DNA of 64,000 nt. Origin: Squalus acanthias. Its lineage: Eukaryota. A program made the translations under genes and the position numbers. The notes below the pieces were generated by a model. The model was not told the origin of the DNA, did not search any database, and saw nothing but the letters and a program-made list of their open reading frames with translations. Location: the NCBI GenBank assembly GCA_030390025.1, contig CM059432.1, positions 112,780,001 to 112,844,000 on the forward strand, read 5' to 3'. Positions 1-12,930 of this stretch are shown piece after piece (the first letter of the stretch is position 1; every line of letters begins with the position of its first letter).

Positions 1-269
1 ATTTCATTACCTTAATCTTAGATTTTATTACAGATAGTTGCTGTATTGACAGAGAGAAAGCCGTACTTTCTTATTTACCAGTATAAGCGTTAGGAGCTGC
101 AGTTCAGCTCCCCAATTGGGAAGTAAGTGTTCTCCACACAGTCCCTGGGGCTGAAGAGAATGATACAAAACTAACATAAGTGTCGAACAATAAAAAATAA
201 AAAGCCACTGTTTCTGTATATTATGAATTAATTTTTTAAAACACTACGAGGTAAAACATTGTTTGTGAC

Positions 270-1883
270 CAAAATAGGGGGCGCACGGAACGATCCCTGT
301 GCGTGAATGGATAGGCCTGAGGCGCACCTAATATGGGCCTCGGGCCTCATTATCATCAAACCGGCGAGTTGTGGACACCTAATGTGCGTCCCCAGGCAGC
401 TCACCGGATTCCAGAAGAGGCCTCAAAGATAGGGCTGCGGTGCCACTGGCAGCTGCTCTCAGGTAAGTCCTTAAAGAGGACCAGGAGAGGGGGGCAATCG
501 GGAGCGGCCAGGAAAGAGACAGTTGGGAGGGAGGGTAGTGCTGGGCAAGATCGGGGAGGGTGGAGGTCAAGGTTGTGATTGGGGTGGGGGGCAGGGAGAG
601 GACAAGCGGTGACCGGAAACAGCCCATGGTTTTAATGTGGTGTGCTCCTCCCGGCTCCACATTCAGGTAAGTATTTTTAATAAGCTGATGCTTTTGGTGG
701 CAGCGCCTGATAGGCCACATGTAGATCTGGCGCTGGTTGCCTCAGGGCAAACCAATATTGCAGAGGGGGTCTCAAACAGGCATCAGGCCTTTTATTTTGA
801 ATATGCAAAGGAACTAACACCTGTTTCAGACGCGGGCCTATGACACTTTGGGGTAGAAATTAGGTCGCGCCCCATTTGGGGCGCAAATATCGTCCGGACG
901 CAAATATTAGCGCCTGGCGCTAATTATCGGCACTGACGGGAAACTTCACTTTTACCGCCCCGGGAGGTGAGTGGAGCGCTAAAGCAGGCGCTGCACACCT
1001 CTCTTAAGGCGCAAAGGCCGAGCAGTGAGGCGCTAACTCGGAGCGCTGGCGAAGCTCATGTAATGTCAGTCAGCAATGGAACACACACACAATGGCACGG
1101 GCCAGTTCTTAAAGGGGATGGTTAATCTTGCTTTCCATCCACATCCTGTTCATTGCTGCCTTGAATCTCGGCCTGGAGAGACTTGCACATCAAATGTGCT
1201 GGAAAGAACAATGGAGAGCACCAGGCAAAGAGCTCAGAGTGCAGCTCCCACGGTCTCTGCTAAATCGATACAAGGAATGGCAAATCAAAATGAACCTGCA
1301 AAGTGCTGCTCAGTACCCAAAACTCCTTCACACAACGTTGAATCTCTCCAGAAGTCTCTCCCTCTCTCTCACAGAATGCGTAGTTCAAAAATGCCACCAA
1401 CAATAAAAGACAGGAAGAGGCCCCCTTTAAATAGCGCCCCCCCCAGCCCCACAGCGATTGATAGCGTTCCAGTCTTCTGGTCGTTGGAAGCGCCAGGCGG
1501 TAAGGCAGGGGGCGCCACTCAATTTCCGCTACGGGGCGCCCCAAGGGCGTTGCACCATGGAATGACGTCACAATCTGCGCGCGCAGGTGGTCGCAGCGGT
1601 AAGTTTTAGCGCCGCCGCACAATCTCAAGTTAAGTTCTCGAGCAGCGCAAACATCGCTGCGCCCGGGCGTTAGCGGCTTTGCGCCCCATTAGCGCCCTCT
1701 TAAGGCGCTAACGGGTGGCGCAACCAAGTGAATTTTTACCCCTTTATTTTTTGCCGACACTGATATGGTGGGTGGCGCACTTCTGGCTTGTAAAGAGCGT
1801 GCGTTTCCTCCCCACCATATTGGAGACTTAGGCACCCGTTTAGCGCCTGAAGAACGGGTATGATGCCATCGAATTTCTAGGCC
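270..1883. mobile_element. Old non-autonomous Harbinger-like MITE, split by a younger MITE
   Basis: Right terminus GAATTTCTAGGCC at 1871-1883; internal similarity to 9575-10190 (gggcctc..cctcat, catatgca..ctaacRcctgtttcag). Left end uncertain. Confidence 0.55.
850..1742. mobile_element. GC-rich Harbinger (PIF) MITE nested in an older MITE
   Basis: TIRs GGGGTAGAAATT / AATTTTTACCCC; 3-bp TTT on both flanks; arms similar to the MITEs at 1997, 20069 and 62742. Confidence 0.85.
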
Positions 1884-1996
1884 TGTTTCTATAATTTACT
1901 TTAAGTTGGATATGCTTCTTCCAATCAATGTTCCATTAAAGGTGCAAAGGTTTTAGCCATTCATATTTCAGGACATTATAACTTCCATTTTTCTAA

Positions 1997-2695
1997 GGGG
2001 GAAAAATTGAGTCGCGCTCCCTTTGGGGCGCTAACTTCGCCAGGGCGCTACTTTTAGTGCCCCCGTGGCCAAAATTCATCGGTAGCACCTCAAGAGGGAA
2101 GCGGGGCGCTACTGGAAGCGCCCCGCCTCCCTCCTGTGGTGCTGCGGCATGTCGCGCCGTGGTGCTGCAGGCATTCCTCCCCTTCTTAAAGGGGAGGGGC
2201 CTTGCGCAGCGCGACCTGGGGCCCAGCTGGGCCACCAGGGATCGGAGTGCCGGCAAAAGAGCCCGGCACCCAAGAGAAGTGCCGGGCTCACGGAGCGTAG
2301 CCAGCACTCTGCGGGAGGGCTGAAGAGGAGGCCAGGGACAGCAACAGGGGCAGGTGCTGGCAGGCGGCCAGCAACAAAAATGGCCGCCCGGCACCTCGCC
2401 TTTAATTAGCACCGCCCCGGCCGCAGGTAGGCCCCCCTGACCCTGTCGGACATAGCGACTGCCAGTAAGTCAGGGGGCGCTACCGAAGTTCGCAGCCGGG
2501 GTACGAGCGGGGCGCTGCGCACGGCGATTACATCAGCGCCGCGGGGCGCTAACAGTTACCGCCGCCGCTAACCTCCCGCTGAATTTCGCGGGAGGCGTTG
2601 GTGGCGCCGCACCCGGGCGCTAGTTGCTTTGCGCCTCCCGTTAGCACCTTCTTAGGGCACTAACGGGAGGCGCAAAGCAACTGAATTTTTAGGCC
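1997..2695. mobile_element. GC-rich Harbinger MITE
   Basis: TAA TSD (1994-1996 and 2696-2698); imperfect TIRs GGGGGAAAAATT / AATTTTTAGGCC. Confidence 0.85.
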
Positions 2696-2824
2696 TAAAT
2701 ATTTCAGATTCGAGCCATTATTGCTGTTATTATAAGAGCCTCTGAGTGGCCTGATTGTGCTAAATGATTCATCACTGCCATCTTCTAAGTTTAAAGGAAA
2801 AGGTGGGGATTTCTTCTTTTGTTT

Positions 2825-3250
2825 TGCTTTCCCTTGCTAATTTTTTCCCTTCCCCTCCCTCCTCTCCTGAAAGCACTGACTACTTGCTGAGGTATAATTC
2901 CACTTGTGGCACGTGCTCCCCCCCCCCCCCGCCAAATATTTCACTCAAGTGGCCATTATTCACTGTGTATAGGCATTGGGAAGCTATTCAACTGCAAGGT
3001 GCATCACAGCCAAGACCAATCCCATCCTCCATCAGTGACAATGCACATGAATTTCCAGCAGGAATCACTGGATGGTGATCTGAAGCAGGAGTCTTGGCCA
3101 ATTCTCTCCTCCCTAACCTGGTGGGGTGCTGAGGACAATTGTAAGACCCCTGCCCTCTCTCTGGCTCTTATTGGCTAACGTAGCACAGTGTGATATCGGG
3201 CCTTTTGGTTTGTATGTATGGCTCAGCCATTCACTGTATAAACTCACTGA
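2825..3250 (-). mobile_element. Old SINE-like interspersed repeat, family shared with 40720 and 42870
   Basis: Reverse complement shares gggaggR..Rgcca..Ytcctgct..ccagtga..cctgctgg and a tcagYRcYttcaggagaggaggg end with two + strand copies in this window. Confidence 0.55.
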
Positions 3251-6137
3251 AAGTTCTTTCCAGCAATGTACTTTAAGGAATCAGTTTCTTTGAAGAATCA
3301 GTTGTAGAAGTGGTAGAAGATTACAATTATACAGTGAAATTAGAGAGTTGTAAGCAGTTAGAATTTTTTTTTCTTTAATTTTGCCTTTCTTCACCACTTG
3401 GAAAAAGAAGTAATTGTCCCACTTATTTAGGTGCCACAGTCTCCACATCAATCCCTGCCTGAGAGGGTGTGTGTGAAAGGCTTGCTCCAGCGTAAGCCAG
3501 ATCTTACAAGTCCCATAAGAGATTCCCAGGTTGACACATCTTCCATTGTTTCCCTCCTCACTTTGTGGCTGTAGGGCCTGGTCTCTGCTCAGGCTTCGTC
3601 CTAATGGTCTGGCCAGGAACAGGAACTCAACGTGGATCACAGGTCCCTTGTCCCATGGACCTCTTTTTAAAATGTCTGGCTCCCTCCCCATTTTGCGATT
3701 TTGTTGTGCACTGTATTTTGATGCCTGTATTGCAGTCCTTCGACAGTTCATTTTCAATTTGGAGGCAAGGAATGCTGAAGCAGTAATTCAATCAAAAGGT
3801 TCAGCTATCATCATAAAAAGCAGATCCCCGAGACTGAATTCCAACTGTTAACTCCCTCTTTACTATCTGGTGTTGTTTCCAGTAAGAGTTTTAATTTGTT
3901 AGCTGCTTGATAGTGCAGGGAGTGTCTCTGTATAACATTGCCTAGTATTCTATAGTTCATGCCAGCAAATAGTTTTAATTTTTTTAAAAATAAAACACAA
4001 TATAGTTTAGCTTTCATGTTCTCCTACAAACTTCTCATCTTTTGTTTCATCTCATTGCTGACAGTTTTTAGCAGATCTTTGTCATTTTATTATTACCATT
4101 CTTTGACATTTTCTGAGTTCGCAGGAGGTTTAGCTTACGTCAATCAGTTGCTTCATGCAGTGGCAGTTGAAAGTGGCACTGATCGATGGCATCAGTGGGA
4201 TATATTCACCTCTGTGACATTTCGCAATTCGAAGCATAGTCATGTGATGCATAAAAGGGTTTTGCCATGCTGTAATTAGCAGTAGACTATCAGGGTGCAG
4301 TATATATCATCATTATGCGGTATATATCATCATTGGTTTGATTCTGATGTGCTATCTACTGGCCATTTGTAGACATGTTTTGACTAAAGTCATCAGAGCG
4401 GTTTTCATCTTTTGACCTGTAGGGCCATGGAAAACATTCTTGATTAACGTAGGCAGCTGTTCAGCCGCATCCAACGTGGTGATGGACTTGCAGCCTGACC
4501 AGTAATGCCATTTTAAGAGGTTTAAAAAGTACATTCTTCACATAGAAGCTTCTAGGTTAAAAATGAGTTGCTTGAACTTTTTATAATAGCATTTTTGAAA
4601 AGATTGTGGAAGATGCAATGATGTGCTGCAATATTGAATACCACCTTTTGGCAACCACTTGGGCTGTTGTGATAACCATTCACCTTCCAACCAATTCCAG
4701 CATCACATCATTAGCCATTTAGCTCTATCACCGCCACCACATAAGTGCTCAGCTGAAGAGCTGGCTAGTGGAACTGAAGCCAACACTACGTCAGTGATGC
4801 TCAGTGAGTCCGTGAGTAGGTGGCATCTCTGTATTCTGCAAAAGATGTAGGTGAGTTAAGAGGATCTGACCACAGTTCATACCCTGAAATGTGGCATTGA
4901 TGTACGTTGTAAGTAGGTTGGAACTGTTAGCTTTCTGGTTACTGTATACATACCATTTCTGCGAAGATTGAAATTACTTAGATTATCACTGAGGTTTCGG
5001 TGAGGACTTCAGGAAGCAGTGAGGCTTCATTATTTTTTAATGACCTTTTCTGGTGTATTTTTGTTTGTGCTGATCAAGATAAGCATGTTGAGACATTTCA
5101 GTGAGGTGACAAGGTTCTGTATAAATACAACTATTTCTGAGGATGCCCGTGCTGGAGAATTGGAAACTTTCCATTCCGACCACCATCTCAAGTTCCTCAC
5201 CTGCGCCCCAACAATGTGCGGCAACCCCAACTTCAGAACACTGCCCCCTACTGCACCAGAGTGCTATTTTTCCATTTCCCACTGCCGCCATTATGTGACT
5301 TCATTGAGTGAGATTGTAAATTTAGCTATAAGTGGTGCTGGATTAGGAATAGTCTTGTGTTTTGGGCCCATGCCTAAATTCATTTCACGTAGGAACCTTG
5401 GCTCCAGCAAGAGATTTTTTATCCTATCACCACAGGCTTGAAACGTGGGTGAAAACTATCATCGTTAGGAACAAGTTTTCAATTTTTTAGCACAAATTCC
5501 CTGATTATTCCATGCATTGCAGATATAACAACTTTAGAAAATTCAACAAGGGACTCCTTATGATATTATTAGCTTAGTAACAGAGAATGACCATATTATA
5601 GACTGGCACCAGCTCAGCTGCCTGTGATTGGTTTTGAATCTGATCTACATAGGCCAATCAGTTATATGATTTAAATCATTCCACAGTCCACAACACCTGA
5701 AGAAGGTGTTGTAATATATGTGTGGGAAGGATATTCATAGAATATCGGCCATTAGTAATGTTGATTATGTTTCACTTATGGTAATTCTTTGGTGGAGATT
5801 GGTATATTTCTGATTATGCATATTTATGCATCAGGTTTTTCTGGGTGATAAGTCTAATGAAAAACTAGAATATGAAAATGTACTTGAGTGAGAATAAAAG
5901 AACATGGTGATGGACTTTTCATCCAGTATTTTTACTGCTCTTAATCTTGTTCCCGTCCTAAAATAGGTGTAAGAAAATTAGCAGTGGTAAGAAAATCCAC
6001 TAGTTTGGGGCTACTAAGGTTTTGTTAGAGGAGATTGTGTAGAATTGCCCAAGGACATGAGGTAAATAAAATGAGTTCTAAACTCATGGTCAGAATGAAG
6101 GGCAAGATGTGAAGTATTGGCACGGCTGGTACCTATA

Positions 6138-6347
6138 GGGGGTAATTCCTGACCTTGCAGTCCTGGGAGAGGGGCGCCTTAGCCACCGGTAATGTATAGC
6201 AGAAATTTTAGCATATGTGGTTCATGATTTTTCCAACCATTAATTAAATGCTGAGAATATTATGCGTCACATGTTTCTGAATCTCCTTAATGTGCTCCAA
6301 GCAGGTGAGGCTCCCTGCCGGAAACATGAAGTCGGAAAATGACTCCT
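6138..6347. mobile_element. Decayed palindromic MITE
   Basis: Degenerate inverted arms GGGGTAATTCCTGACCTTGCAGTCC... and ...GGAAACATGAAGTCGGAAAATGACTCC around a central ttaattaa. Confidence 0.5.
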
Positions 6348-7607
6348 CTGTCCATATTATTAAAAAAAAATCTATCATAGCCTTGTCCAATAACAATACA
6401 ACAATGCTATAGATTAGAGGTGATCAAGCTTTTTTGTCTTTGTTTACCACATAGTTGCATACCATGGAGCCTTGGTACCAATTGTACGAAGGCTGGTACC
6501 CGTTACAGTGAAGCACATCAGGTGCTGATCGCCGTAGTATCCAGTGTGGAAATGCAAGGCCTGCTCCTAAGCACACCCATTGCGGCCAGCTAGCATGTAG
6601 CATGCTGGAAGTTTGCATACCCACACTATGGTAAGCTTAAAAAGGCCGCAGAACCAATGTAAACCAGGGCTGCTCACCACAGTGCAACTGGAGCATCCGA
6701 GAGTGCCTGCCTCCTTTTTTTGCTTCATAAAAAGATCCTTCAAAGGTGGAAGCCCCAGCAGACAGGATGGAGGCACCAATTGTTGGTTACGCATTGCCCC
6801 GTGATCCCACTAATCAGAGCAACATTTGGATGTTATAATGAGCTGACCTCACATTATGGGGCATGGTCAGCTCATTGAGGCACAGGTGAGGCCAGCGACT
6901 ATGGAGCAGCAATCTGATACTGCGCACTGGAAATTAACAACTTCATAAAGTTTAAATCCAGGTACCCATTAAGTTGCATATACCTCAAAGCAATTGTTTT
7001 GATTTGATAGGAGGTGACAGTGTAAAGAACAGCCCTTTCCAAACCTCCAGGCCTACAGAATTCAAACGGGACAAACCAGTGATTAAGAAATGTAAGCTAA
7101 AAGGACTAAACTGCCTAGGTTTTAAAGGCCAGATTGCCAGGGCTCAGGGGCTACGTACAGAAAGAAAGAACTTGCATTTTTATAGCGCTTTTCATCTCCT
7201 CTGGAAATACCAAAAGCATCACGCCAAGAATTGCTGTGAAAAGGTAGTGTCCTGTTTTGGGATTTTTGACCATTTTTCCACAGGAAGAATTTGGAAAAGA
7301 GTTACTTTCAATTGTTGGGCATGTAAATCAAAATGTATTCACACAGGTTTGAGGGGGAAGAAAGCACTGAGATGAAAGGTGGTTAAAATGCTAATGGATG
7401 AGACATTGAAGTTGTTTCATCCAAGACTGGAAACAATAAGCAAATTGTTAGCCTATACTGCCAGCCTCAGAAGGTTAGAATGCATGAGAATAGTTAGAAG
7501 TTATTTTGTTTAAGTCAAGCAAGTTAACCTGATTATGTGGGGAAGAGTGAGTATTCCTCATTTGCTGTTATTATGTAAAGACAAGTTTTACTGATCGAAG
7601 TAAGTGA

Positions 7608-9571
7608 GGGTGAAATTTATTAGCGCGAGAGAACGGCCAGAGGATCACAGTCCGAGATTAACCCCGCCTATTGATTGCAATGCAGGCAGCATGTAAAATT
7701 CATGCTGCTTCCTGAATATCGTGATTGCTGCTTGCAGCCAGTGCTACCCACACTGTTCATTGGCCGCACGCATGAGGAGGGTGCCCAATAACAGATGTCC
7801 ACGATGCTACAAAAGGGCAGCCAGCACCTCTTAAAGCAGAGGTGCATTATGGCTGCAACAGCGATCGGAGATCATCTGTGAGGTGAAATGGCTGAAGCTA
7901 GCAGAGAGCAGGCACGAAGGTTCTCAGATGCTGCACTGGAGGCCTTGGTGCAGGAGGTAGACAGAAGGAGGGACGTCCTCCAACCCCTGGGGGCAGGATG
8001 CCTTCCAGACACCTGATACGTAGGCAGTGGGAGGACATTGCAACTGAGGTGAATGCGAGGAGCATGGCTCCTCAGACATGGATACAGTGAAGGAATAAGT
8101 TTAATGATCTAACAAGAGTTGTCAAGGTAAGATCAATCTTTAAATAGGATCTCATAACAGCTGTACCACTCATAGCCTCATCAATTGCTGAATTAACAGC
8201 ACTCCCATCCCCCACCTACCTGCAATCTGCAGCAATCAGTACAGCACAGTTCAATGAATATTCTTCACCTCCCCATCACACACTCAGCACTATTACAAAC
8301 TTCACACCCACAACTCACATCTCACACACACACTGGCAGCTATTCAATCATGACAGCCACATTACCCAGACGTGTCGCAAGACTCACTAACATACTTCCT
8401 TCTTGCAGGAGAAGGTGGAACATAACACAAGGCAGCAGAGTGCTGGGATAGAGGGCATTGACCTGCATGATGTGCTGCCTATGGTCGTAAACCAGTTGCA
8501 CGTTGAGGGAGTGGAATCCCTTTTGATTGATGAATATTGCAGGGTTCTGATGGGAGCATGTAAGGCAATGTGCGTACAGTCAATGGCACCATGCACCATG
8601 GGGAGGTCTGCCATGTGGGCAAAACCTCGTGCTCTTTCCTCCTGCTTCTCTCTGTCAATAGGGAAGGAGATGTAAGTGTTTCTCATAGTGTATAGAGCCT
8701 TGGTGACTTCCCTGATACATGGGTGTACAGCCAACTGGGAGATATGTTGCTAATGTGACCAGTTGCAGCCTTAAAGGAGCCTATTGCATAAAAGTTGAGG
8801 GCGACGGTGACCTTGACAGCCACAGGTAGTGCTCTCCATGCCCTGGTTTGAGGCTGCATTTGTGGCTGGAGCAGCTAACATATCTCAGTAGCAATCTCCT
8901 TGGTAAAGAGAAGGTGCCTCATACACTGCTCCTCACTGAAGTTGAGGTAGGAGAAGTGCTCCCTCAAGACCCTCTGTGGATATGGCCTCCACCTGAGTGC
9001 TCTCCTCCTCCTGCCTCTTTTGGAAGCTGGTCCTGCTCTGTGGTGTCTTCTTCATGCTCCCAATCATGCTTTTTCCAAAGGCAGACCTACCAGGCCACCC
9101 ATTTCTGGAGGCAGATAATTTATGAAGGAGACAACAACAACAGGAGTGCAAGAGCAGTCAGACCTCTCTCTGTGCAGACAAATTCAAATTTAAACAGTGC
9201 CAGGACTCAGCAGAAATCACCTAGAAGTCAAGCAGCCGTCAAAAGTAATAATCCAGCAACTAACCTGTAAGATCTGCATGATCCCTTTAAATACCGCTGG
9301 CGAGAGGGCCTTCATGCTGGTTACTGTCACATTCTGCTGAGTGAGGTCAGCACGTGGCATCCGATTCACTGAGGCCCTCCAAAATGGCTATGGCGGCCTG
9401 CAATCAGTATTGCACACTGACCCAGCTGATTATCTCCCTCGTCTGCAGGTTTCCGGCATGCGATAATCTCACGAGCATTATCTCCTACGCCATGGATGCC
9501 ATTTACCTCGGGTCTCCAGGTGGCCATGTAGCGCCTGAAAAACGGGCACTACACGGCTCAATTTCTAGGCC
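7608..9571. mobile_element. Decayed, internally deleted Harbinger element with convergent Myb/SANT (+) and DDE nuclease (-) genes
   Basis: Starts GGGTGAAATT; Myb exon 7888-8126; HARBI1-like nuclease remnant on - (FAHMADLPMVHGAIDCTHIALHAP) at about 8440-9070; AATTTCTAGGCC at 9571 may instead belong to an adjacent MITE. Confidence 0.8.
7888..8440 (+). pseudogene. Harbinger Myb/SANT-like DNA-binding gene remnant (exon 1 7888-8126, exon 2 from 8409)
   Basis: MAEASREQARRFSDAALEALVQEV...WEDIATEVNARS...NKFNDLTRVVK|GTAAGA; acceptor cttgcAG then EKVEHN; contains a frameshift and a stop. Confidence 0.8.
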
Positions 9572-9574
9572 AGT

Positions 9575-10195
9575 GACTTCCAGATTTTGGGCCTCGGACC
9601 TCATCATAGTGAATATGGCGCTGCATTAGGAAGCTACGCAAGGTAAGTGGTAGTAACAGATTGAGGTGGTCGGGCGGGGGGGGGGGGGGTGGAATTGGGT
9701 GGGCCTCAGAGATCGGGGCCTGAAGACTGAATCAGTGGGATGGGGTTGGCATCGGGGGATGAGGATCGGGGCCTTGGAGGAGTGATCGCGTGGTTGGGAG
9801 GGACGGATCAAGGGTCGGGGAGCCTGGAGGTCGGGGTCAAGGAGTCGGGTGGGAGATCGGAAATTGGGGCCAGGGCCTGGATCTCAGGAGCGGGAGAGTT
9901 AGTGATTACAGTAACTACTTACCCTTTTTTACTTACGTGGTGATTAGAGTTGGTTATTCCAGAGGCAGCCAGCACTGGCCACCTCAGGACAAACCAAAGT
10001 CACAACAGGGACCTGAAGCAGGCATTGGGCCCCGTATTTGCATATGCAGAGGGCCTAACGCCTGTTTCAGTGGTGGATAAAGGATGCCTCTTGTTTGTCC
10101 TTTCCCTATATGGCGGGTGGTGCACTTCCGATCGGTAGTCTGCCATTTGGTGCCTTAGGAGGCCGGATAGCGCCTAAAAAAACCGGCATTACTCA
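9575..10195. mobile_element. MITE remnant related to 270-1883
   Basis: Shared internal motifs, G-rich core and subterminal tagcgcctaaaaaaaccgg. Confidence 0.5.
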
Positions 10196-10224
10196 GCCCA
10201 AGAAAATATCTAAGGCAAGAGCCC

Positions 10225-10465
10225 AACTTGTAACATGTAGTCACTGTTGTTATGCAGTCAAACACAACAACAAATTGGTGCACAGGAGAGCACTGAGATA
10301 ATTGACCAGTTACTCAATTTTGGTTGTGGTGTTTGAGAGACACCAATGTTGTCCAGGCCACCACAGAACCCCCTGCTAGTCAGCAAAGAAGTGCCATGGA
10401 ATCTATTATGAACAACTAAACAGCCAGCTTGGTTTAGCGTCTCATCTGAAAGACTATGGTCCACA
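10225..10465 (-). mobile_element. Old Deu-domain SINE remnant
   Basis: Degenerate reverse-complement match to the SINE at 23917 (gtagtcactgttg..., agtgccatgg.atct..., ggtttagcgtctcatctgaaagac). Confidence 0.55.
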
Positions 10466-11409
10466 GTTTGGACACTCTTGCTATATCTAATTCACGTCTG
10501 TTTCAATATTATATAACCAAAATAAGGTAATTTTATTCAGCACTTTCTAAGTGTACTGCAAAACAGTTTGTGGGAAGAGAATATAGAAGTAAATGCTGAC
10601 TGTGCTTCTCTAAGGTAACCTGAGGATTGTCACTATCAAAAGAACAGCAAGCACATATATGCTGCATCTTATCCAATAAAGTATGTTTATTTATATAGAA
10701 TATATATAGATTTTGTGAATGCTTGTAAACTAAAGTTCAGTTTGACTTTGTAGAAATAATAGATATATAGCAGTTCATGCCATGTAGCATTTAATTTGTT
10801 TGCCAATTCAAATCTAATTATCATTTCAGTGTTAATTTTCTTTTAATATTAGCATTTGATCAAATAATTTTAAGATATAACTTACACTCCAGTTTCTGAT
10901 GCACATCGTGTTCATACAGTACAATCAACTATTTATGATAATATTAAGCCAGCATAAATAAACAGGCATCCTACAAATATTTTCTGCCTATTTTCCATAC
11001 CAGAATGTAAAAGTAAAATGATAATTTTGAAATCAAAGGCCTGAATTTTAATCTTTAGTTGTGCGTGGGTTTGGGTGCGTGGGTTTGTGCGTGGGTTTGG
11101 GTGCGGGTGGGGGGGGTTAAAACTGGTGAAATTGACAGCGTGTCGGGAAGCCGGCTCCAACCCGCCGACTTCCGCATTTCACTCGAGCGAGTTAGCCTGC
11201 GTGCGGCAACCCCCTCAGGAGAGGCGTGTTTTCAATGACCATATGTTAATCGCTCAATTAGAGCGATATTTCAACACACTTTTCAGTTTAACGTTGGGAC
11301 CACGGGTTTCCCAGGCTTCCTGAAACTCGACAGTGAAAGGAAGGCGAGAACACAGCGGCAATTGAGGGGCTGAATCAATCTCAGGCAAATATGCCAATAA
11401 ATACTCAGT

Positions 11410-11940
11410 ACATAGAAACATAGAAGATAGGAGCAGGAGTAGGCCATTCGGCCCCTCGAGCCTGCTCCGTCATTCGATGAGATCATGGCTGATCATCCAA
11501 ACTCAGTACCCTGTCCCTGCCTTCTCCCCATATCCCTTGATACCTTTAGCCTTAAGAAATATATCTAACTCCTTCTTGAATATATTTACTGACTTGGCCT
11601 CAACTGCCTTCTGTGGTAGAGAATTCCACAGGTTCACCACTCTCTGGGTGAAGAAATTCCTCCTCATCTCTGTCCTCAATGGCTTACCCCTTATCTTTAG
11701 ACTGTGACCTCTTGTTCTGGACTCACCCGCCATTGGGAACATCCTTCCTGCATCCAGTCTGTCTAGCCCTGTTAGAATTTTACATGTTTCAATGAGATCT
11801 CCTCTCATTCTTCTAAACTCCAGCGAGTATAAGCCCAATCGACCCAATCTCTCCTCATATGTCATTCCTGCCGTCCCAGGTATCAGTCTGGTGAATCTTC
11901 GCTGCACACCCTCCATGGCAAGAACATCCTTCCTCAGATA
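11410..11940 (-). mobile_element. 5'-truncated CR1 LINE inserted in the Harbinger element
   Basis: ORF 11503-11916 is the CR1 ORF2 C-terminus (EGVQRRFTRLIPG..RNFFTQRVVNLWNSLP); short-repeat tail (catagaaacatagaa on +) at 11410; nearly identical to 45940-46460. Confidence 0.95.
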
Positions 11941-12059
11941 CCCACAGCTGCTTTCTTACCTGCTAGTGGGAAAGGGTTTGTTCACAGTACATGTGCTGAG
12001 AGGTTACTTTACACAGTTTGGAGGCTTGTTCTATCACATCAGAATGTGTGCTGCTTAGG

Positions 12060-12930
12060 CTGCCTTGGATTGGACCTCAGATGAGGACCAAGTTGACCAG
12101 CACCAGTCACAGACCTATAGCTGCACAGAAGAGAGGGGACCAGGAAAGAGGTGAAGCTCGCAGGAGGCACTACCCACGAAACAGGGTCAACAGGCAGAGG
12201 CTCAGTTTCCTTGACATGTCTGAACACCGTGTGTCTCAGGAGGCTCAGGATGTCATGTCAGGTGGTGGCAGACATCTGCAACCTCCTAGAAGAAGACCTG
12301 CTGCCTGCTGGACCTGGTGGCCATGTATTACCAATGGCTGTGAAACACACCATAGCCCTCAACTTTTTTCCCTCCGGATCCTTCCAGGGCTCTGCCGCAG
12401 ACATACCCAGGATCTCCCAGTCATCTGCCCACAAATGCATTAGATAGGTCATTGATGGCTTGTTTGTGATGGTGCCAGTCAGAATGAGTGTACACTCAGC
12501 TTTGTGGCTCTGGCTAACTCCCCACAGGTGCAGGATGCCATCGACTGCACACACATGGCAATCGGGTCACACCCAGAACAACCAGGAGTATTTGTCAACC
12601 ACAAGGGCTTTTACACTCCATCAATGTCCTGCGGCAGTCCAAGCTCCCTGCTCTCTTTGGACCTGGAAGCAGACTTAAGGGGTGGCTGCTAGGCAACAAG
12701 GGATACCCACTGCAAACTTGGCTCAGAACACCCGTCAGAAATCCCAACACTGAAGCCCAACAGTGCTACAATGAATGCCATATCACCACCAGATGTGTGA
12801 TTGAACAGGCCATCGGCATGCTGAAGATGCGCTTCAGGTGCCTTGACAGATCTGGAGGCACCCATCAGTACACACTATCCAGGGTCTCCAGAATGGTCAT
12901 GGTTTGCTGTGCTCTGCACAACATTGCGTC
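12060..12930 (+). pseudogene. Harbinger (HARBI1-like) DDE transposase pseudogene
   Basis: Frameshifted fragments [81 protein letters not shown]. Confidence 0.9.

Noticed and set aside
1076..2412. GC-rich ORFs and CpG-island-like blocks (also at 20113-20746 and 63020-63513) as genes or promoters
   Set aside because: They lie inside TIR/TSD-bounded MITEs, and the translations show no recognisable domain.
3959..5441. ORFs at 3959, 4352 and 5019 as further ZFPM2 exons
   Set aside because: No resemblance to the expected neighbouring ZFPM2 peptides (..GTTWGPF.. upstream, GQLWCTTT.. downstream); I found neither adjacent exon in the window.
12060..12930. Host HARBI1 gene
   Set aside because: Multiple frameshifts and enclosure by TIRs and a TSD show it is a transposon copy, not the domesticated gene.
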